Below the pieces are notes generated by a model. The model was given only the letters and a program-made list of their open reading frames with translations. It did not search any database and was not told the DNA's origin. DNA of 64,000 nucleotides from Fibrobacteria bacterium (lineage in GTDB: Bacteria; Fibrobacterota; Fibrobacteria; UBA11236; JADFYW01): the NCBI GenBank assembly GCA_015232855.1, contig JADFYW010000008.1:761-64760 (forward strand), given 5' to 3'. Shown here one piece after another: positions 59,646-64,000 of this stretch (position 1 is its first letter; every line of letters starts with the position of its first letter). The position numbers and the translations under genes are program-made.

Positions 59646-62600
59646 ATGAAAATTCTTACCCTGGCAATCTTACTTTTAAGTGGCTTGTTTTTGGCTTGCG
59701 ATGAAACCACTTCTACTTCAAATGATACGAGTGGCACCATTACCGTAACCGGAACGGTTGTTCCCAGTACGGCAATCGTTCAGTTTATTATGGGACAGGA
59801 TACAACTTCCATTGAAGTGAGTGATGGAGGTATGTTTTCAACTACCATAGCTCCTGGCAAAGGAAAATTTATAATCACCGCTGATAAACACAAAACCTAT
59901 TCAACCAGCCCCACCTATACGCTACCGGGTACTTATGATTTAGGTACTATCACCCTGAGCGATATTCCTTCTCCTCTTTCTTCCATAGTTAAAAACAATT
60001 CCTACACCCAGAATAACTATCTTTTTTACCTGAATTTCTCAGAAGAGATGACTCCAGATTCAAAAAGTGCTGTTTCAACCAATCCCGATATAACTGGCAG
60101 TCTGGTATGGACTAACAATTATACCCGCCTTTATTTCTACCCCATTCCATCTTATGCAGACACCACGGCTTTTACCGTAGCCATTAGCACATACGCCTCT
60201 ACCAAAAGCGGGGAAGCTCTTGATTTCACTTTCGAAGATACCTTCCAGCCCAATGAATTTTATCTCTCGGGTTCGTATCCTTCTAATGGAACAACTAATT
60301 TTTCGAGGACCAGTGAGGCCTATATTTCATTCTCCGTTCATATGTCAGACGAAAATCTTAATAAAGCAATTACTACCCCCCTTTCTCTCACCCTCAAAAC
60401 CCGGGTCGTCAACAATTACATCTATATCAGCCCCGAATCCGGGTTATGGCCCGCGGCTGAAAATTGTACACTGTCTATTAATGATACCCTTTACGCGAAA
60501 TCAGGGGCTCCCCTGAGCATTAAAAATTACCAGTGGGTTTTTACGACCTCTTCTGCCTCAACCCAGCAAAGCACAATTCCCAAGCCCTTGTCCTCCATTT
60601 ACAAAAATTATGGATATTCTCAGGATGAATATCTTTTTTATCTCAACTTTTCCGAAGAAATGACTTCAGAATCAAAAAATGCGGTTTCGACTGTTCCTGA
60701 TATCAATGGAAGCTATACCTGGACAGATAACAATACCAGACTCTACTTCTATCCCGTACCTTCTTTTATGGATACCACGAAGCTAACTGTTAAAATCGAT
60801 ATATCTGCGGTTTCCAAAGAAAATACCTCTCTTGAATTCCCCTATGAAGAATCCTTTACCGCAAATGACGCGAGAATAACCCGGGCTTATCCCACCACCC
60901 ATCAGTCAAATTTTTCGGTCACTTCTGAGGCCTATCTACAGTTTTCAGTAAGTATATCCGACTCAAATCTTCCCGGTGCGATAACACTCTCTCCGGATAG
61001 CAAACTCGAAACCAGGATAGAGGGAACATACCTCTACATCATGCCAAAAACGAGTGCCTGGCCTTCTGGCACAACCTGCACTCTTTCTCTGAAAGATACC
61101 CTGTACTCATTATCAGGAGTACCTATCTTTGTTGATGATTATAAATGGGACTTCACCACCAGAGACCAGGCTTCTTCATCTTCAAACCTTCCTGCACCGG
61201 TTTCAAGTATATACCAAAACTCCAGCTATTCATCTTACCAGTATCTTTTTTATATCCGCTTCACAGAAGAAATGGAAACCTCTTCTGAAGCCGGGGTCAC
61301 TCTTGACCCTTCAATAGACGGTAATTTTGTGTGGACCGAAAGTAATACAAGACTTTATTTTTATCCGGTGCCCTCTTATTTAGATACCACAGCCTTTACC
61401 CTCAAGCTTGATACCCAGATGATATCAAAAGAAAATACCCGACTGGAATTCCCCTATGAAATTACCTATGATGCCAGCGAACAACGCATTACCCGCTCCT
61501 ATCCCGACCACAACTCAGCGGATTTCTCCACTTCTCGTGAGGCCTATATCCAGTTTTCAACCGGTATGTCAGAAAATAATCTTCAAAACGCTATCCAGGT
61601 TTCACCTACTATTCCCTTAAATGTGAGGCTTGCAAATCAGTATATATATATCCTTCCCTCATCGGGAAACTGGGATCAGGGTACGACGTACACCCTCTCC
61701 CTGGCCGATACCGTGTATACGCTCGCTGGCTTACCAATTTACCTGAAGAACTATAGCTGGAGTTTTACCACCAATACTACCACATCTTCCTCTGGCACTT
61801 CTGGAATAGCAATCACCCCAGACAGCGGAGCCACAGACTTCAGCCTAACCGGCAATGTTTATGTACGCATTACCAATCAAAATATGTTCTCCATCAGCCA
61901 GATTAAAAACGGCTTCAGAGTCCTTGATGAAGAAGGGACCCTTGTCGGCGGCAGGTTTAATATGCAGTCCACCTACTTTTATTTTTATCCCAGTGGCTTA
62001 AAAATGGGGAAATGGTATGATATCAAAGTGTTTAATGTTGATTCAACGGGTACGGTTTTAGACACCATTGAACAGTCATCTTTCAGGACCGTTCCCTTCT
62101 CTCCCTCTACCATATATCCCACCCACCTTGCAACCCTGGAAAAATCTATCGACCCATTCAGGATTGAATTAAACGGACCAGTGGATAAGCTCTCTGTCAT
62201 TTCTTCCCTTGGCATTGCTCCTGAAACAGAATGTGAATATACGGTTTCAAGTGACAAACAGACGATAACCATTCTACCCTTTGCAGACGCCTGGGAAGCC
62301 GAGAAAACCTATACCCTCTCTGTGAACACCCTGGCACTTCTGTCTGCAGACGGAGACCCAATTGAAAAGATGGATACGCTCTATTCTTTTAACGCACCGA
62401 AAGTAAAGGTAATCGATCACAGTCCCCTGCATAATATTTTGCAGGTTGATACATTAGCACCGGTAACCCTCACTTTTAATACCATCATGGATACCGTGGT
62501 AACCAATTCCGCGTTCTCTCTTAAAGATTCTTCAGACAATGCATACAGTGGAGACCTCAGCTGGAACACCGACATGACCATTCTTACCTTCTCCCATAAC

Positions 62601-62720
62601 GGGACCAATAATTTTGAGAAGGGTATGATCTATACGGTAGCTGTGGACAGTACCGCCACAGACAGCTATAGCGTGAAAATGAAGGAGCCTTTTTCCATCC
62701 AATTTACCGTAAGAGAATAA
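59646..62720 (+). CDS. Ig-like (Big_5-type) repeat surface lipoprotein
   Basis: LAC lipobox; three tandem ~200-aa modules (YLFYLNFSEEM...RLYFYP.PS...EAY..FS) plus further Ig domains; GGAGG RBS. Confidence 0.82.
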   Translation: MKILTLAILLLSGLFLACDETTSTSNDTSGTITVTGTVVPSTAIVQFIMGQDTTSIEVSDGGMFSTTIAPGKGKFIITADKHKTYSTSPTYTLPGTYDLGTITLSDIPSPLSSIVKNNSYTQNNYLFYLNFSEEMTPDSKSAVSTNPDITGSLVWTNNYTRLYFYPIPSYADTTAFTVAISTYASTKSGEALDFTFEDTFQPNEFYLSGSYPSNGTTNFSRTSEAYISFSVHMSDENLNKAITTPLSLTLKTRVVNNYIYISPESGLWPAAENCTLSINDTLYAKSGAPLSIKNYQWVFTTSSASTQQSTIPKPLSSIYKNYGYSQDEYLFYLNFSEEMTSESKNAVSTVPDINGSYTWTDNNTRLYFYPVPSFMDTTKLTVKIDISAVSKENTSLEFPYEESFTANDARITRAYPTTHQSNFSVTSEAYLQFSVSISDSNLPGAITLSPDSKLETRIEGTYLYIMPKTSAWPSGTTCTLSLKDTLYSLSGVPIFVDDYKWDFTTRDQASSSSNLPAPVSSIYQNSSYSSYQYLFYIRFTEEMETSSEAGVTLDPSIDGNFVWTESNTRLYFYPVPSYLDTTAFTLKLDTQMISKENTRLEFPYEITYDASEQRITRSYPDHNSADFSTSREAYIQFSTGMSENNLQNAIQVSPTIPLNVRLANQYIYILPSSGNWDQGTTYTLSLADTVYTLAGLPIYLKNYSWSFTTNTTTSSSGTSGIAITPDSGATDFSLTGNVYVRITNQNMFSISQIKNGFRVLDEEGTLVGGRFNMQSTYFYFYPSGLKMGKWYDIKVFNVDSTGTVLDTIEQSSFRTVPFSPSTIYPTHLATLEKSIDPFRIELNGPVDKLSVISSLGIAPETECEYTVSSDKQTITILPFADAWEAEKTYTLSVNTLALLSADGDPIEKMDTLYSFNAPKVKVIDHSPLHNILQVDTLAPVTLTFNTIMDTVVTNSAFSLKDSSDNAYSGDLSWNTDMTILTFSHNGTNNFEKGMIYTVAVDSTATDSYSVKMKEPFSIQFTVRE

Positions 62721-62772
62721 TCGGTTAAAATGGCCTGAATTTTAACCAGGCCATGGTATGAAAAAATAAAAG

Positions 62773-62812
62773 AGAAGCGGTAAGTATTATTTTACTTATC
62801 GCTTCTTTTTTT
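62773..62812. terminator. Intrinsic terminator, probably bidirectional
   Basis: agaagcggtaagta...tacttatcgcttct stem flanked by A and T runs, between convergent genes. Confidence 0.75.
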
Positions 62813-62901
62813 AGGTACCCACTCACTTCCGTTAGCCATAACTATGATTTTTATTTTACTTTGCTTTTTGCTATCAGCCAAAAATGATAGCCCTTAACAT
62901 A

Positions 62902-63216
62902 TTATGCTACAAAAGAACAGCAATAATCCGTTATTTGTTTAATGTTCAAGCTAAACTTGGATTTAGCTGGTACTTCAAAAACGTCCCCACCTTTAAAAGG
63001 CTTCCATTCAGAATCTCCAGGAAGCATAACATCAAGGTCCCCGGAGATTATCTCCATAATTTCTTTAGCGTCCGTATTAAATTCGTACTTGCCAGGTAAC
63101 ATGATGCCAAGAGTTTTTTTGGACCCATCTTTAAATACAACCGTCCTGCTACTGACGTTTCCATCAAAATAAACGTTTGCTTTTTTTATTATTGTCACAT
63201 CTGTAAATTCGGACAT
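62902..63216 (-). CDS. ppnP: Pyrimidine/purine nucleoside phosphorylase (YaiE/DUF1255)
   Basis: [40 protein letters not shown]. Confidence 0.9.
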   Translation of the reverse strand: MSEFTDVTIIKKANVYFDGNVSSRTVVFKDGSKKTLGIMLPGKYEFNTDAKEIMEIISGDLDVMLPGDSEWKPFKGGDVFEVPAKSKFSLNIKQITDYCCSFVA

Positions 63217-63364
63217 AGTATCTCCTTTTGCTAATAAGTGCTACTGGGCAATGATGCTTAAATTTCATACTTTCTTATAAGTATCAATATGAATTTCCCA
63301 TTCCTTCTATTCATTACAAAATAGTCAAATCTATTTAAAAAGGTAATTAACCAGGCAATCATAC

Positions 63365-63961
63365 ATGAAATTTTTCATTTCCCTATTACTCTGGCTAGTC
63401 GCAATACCCATTTTTTCGCAATCAAAAATTTCAATCGCATTGCAATCCTTTAACAACTTCCCCTCTTCTTACATAGACAGTATAAAAACAGGTATCGAAC
63501 AGAAATATGGCAAAGTGAAATTAATTGTCTTACCAAATAAAAAGCTTCCTACCTCTGCTTACTATAAACCGAGAAACCGTTACCGTGCGGAAAAAATATT
63601 GACCTTTCTTGATACCCTTGTGACCGGGGATACAAAGATTGTAGGGCTCACCACCCTCGATATATCAACCACTAATGGGAAATATAAGGACTGGGGAATC
63701 TTTGGTCTTGGAGAAATAAACGCTCGCCCCTGTGTGGTCTCAACCTTTCGCCTTAAAAAGAAGAATGTATCTTCTCGTCTCTTTATACAAAGACTTGTTA
63801 AAATTGTGAATCATGAACTAGGTCACACCTTTGGGTTTGAACATTGTCCGTTTTATAACTGCCTGATGGAAGACGCAAAAGGTACCATTAAAACAGTAGA
63901 TAAAAGTGATGGCAACTTTTGTAAAAAGTGCCGGATTCTATTAATGAATCATGTTTTTTAA
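63365..63961 (+). CDS. Archaemetzincin-like zinc protease (M54) with signal peptide
   Basis: WGIFGLG, VVSTFRL, HELGHTFGFEHC, CLM, FCKKC. Confidence 0.85.
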   Translation: MKFFISLLLWLVAIPIFSQSKISIALQSFNNFPSSYIDSIKTGIEQKYGKVKLIVLPNKKLPTSAYYKPRNRYRAEKILTFLDTLVTGDTKIVGLTTLDISTTNGKYKDWGIFGLGEINARPCVVSTFRLKKKNVSSRLFIQRLVKIVNHELGHTFGFEHCPFYNCLMEDAKGTIKTVDKSDGNFCKKCRILLMNHVF

Positions 63962-64000
63962 CCCTATTCCGATTTTTCGTTAACCACCTTCTCCACACCT

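Noticed and set aside
1327-63172. Numerous short ORFs antisense to or nested in long genes
   Set aside because: Fully overlap well-supported CDSs and show no family motifs.

Overview
Low-GC bacterial genomic window. A Fibrobacterota origin is inferred from a FISUMP-type C-terminal domain, T9SS-like C-terminal tails and cadherin-like beta-sandwich surface lipoproteins. Metabolic and housekeeping genes include cstA (5'-truncated), an ABC exporter, mpaA with a dipeptide epimerase, glpK-glpQ-glpD, a Na/Pi cotransporter and ppnP. Accessory content includes a partial type VI secretion cluster (tssA-tssB-tssC-hcp-tssE), several very large Ig/cadherin-repeat surface proteins, two stand-alone AAA ATPases, a Fic protein, an RLIG1-like RNA ligase, a K+ channel-hemerythrin fusion and a glycosyltransferase/kinase-like/radical SAM fusion. 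There are also gene fragments, a group II intron 3' remnant and several REP/MITE-like palindromes. The best candidate for a new system is at 12141-12483: a near-consensus sigma70 promoter, a probably leaderless 16-aa uORF carrying Gln-Asn-Gln-Cys-Cys, mutually exclusive antiterminator and terminator hairpins, then tRNA-Cys(GCA) and tRNA-Gln(UUG). This looks like a ribosome-stalling attenuator that switches on back-up tRNA genes for the same codons it senses. All family assignments come from motif recognition by eye; no searches or folding programs were run.
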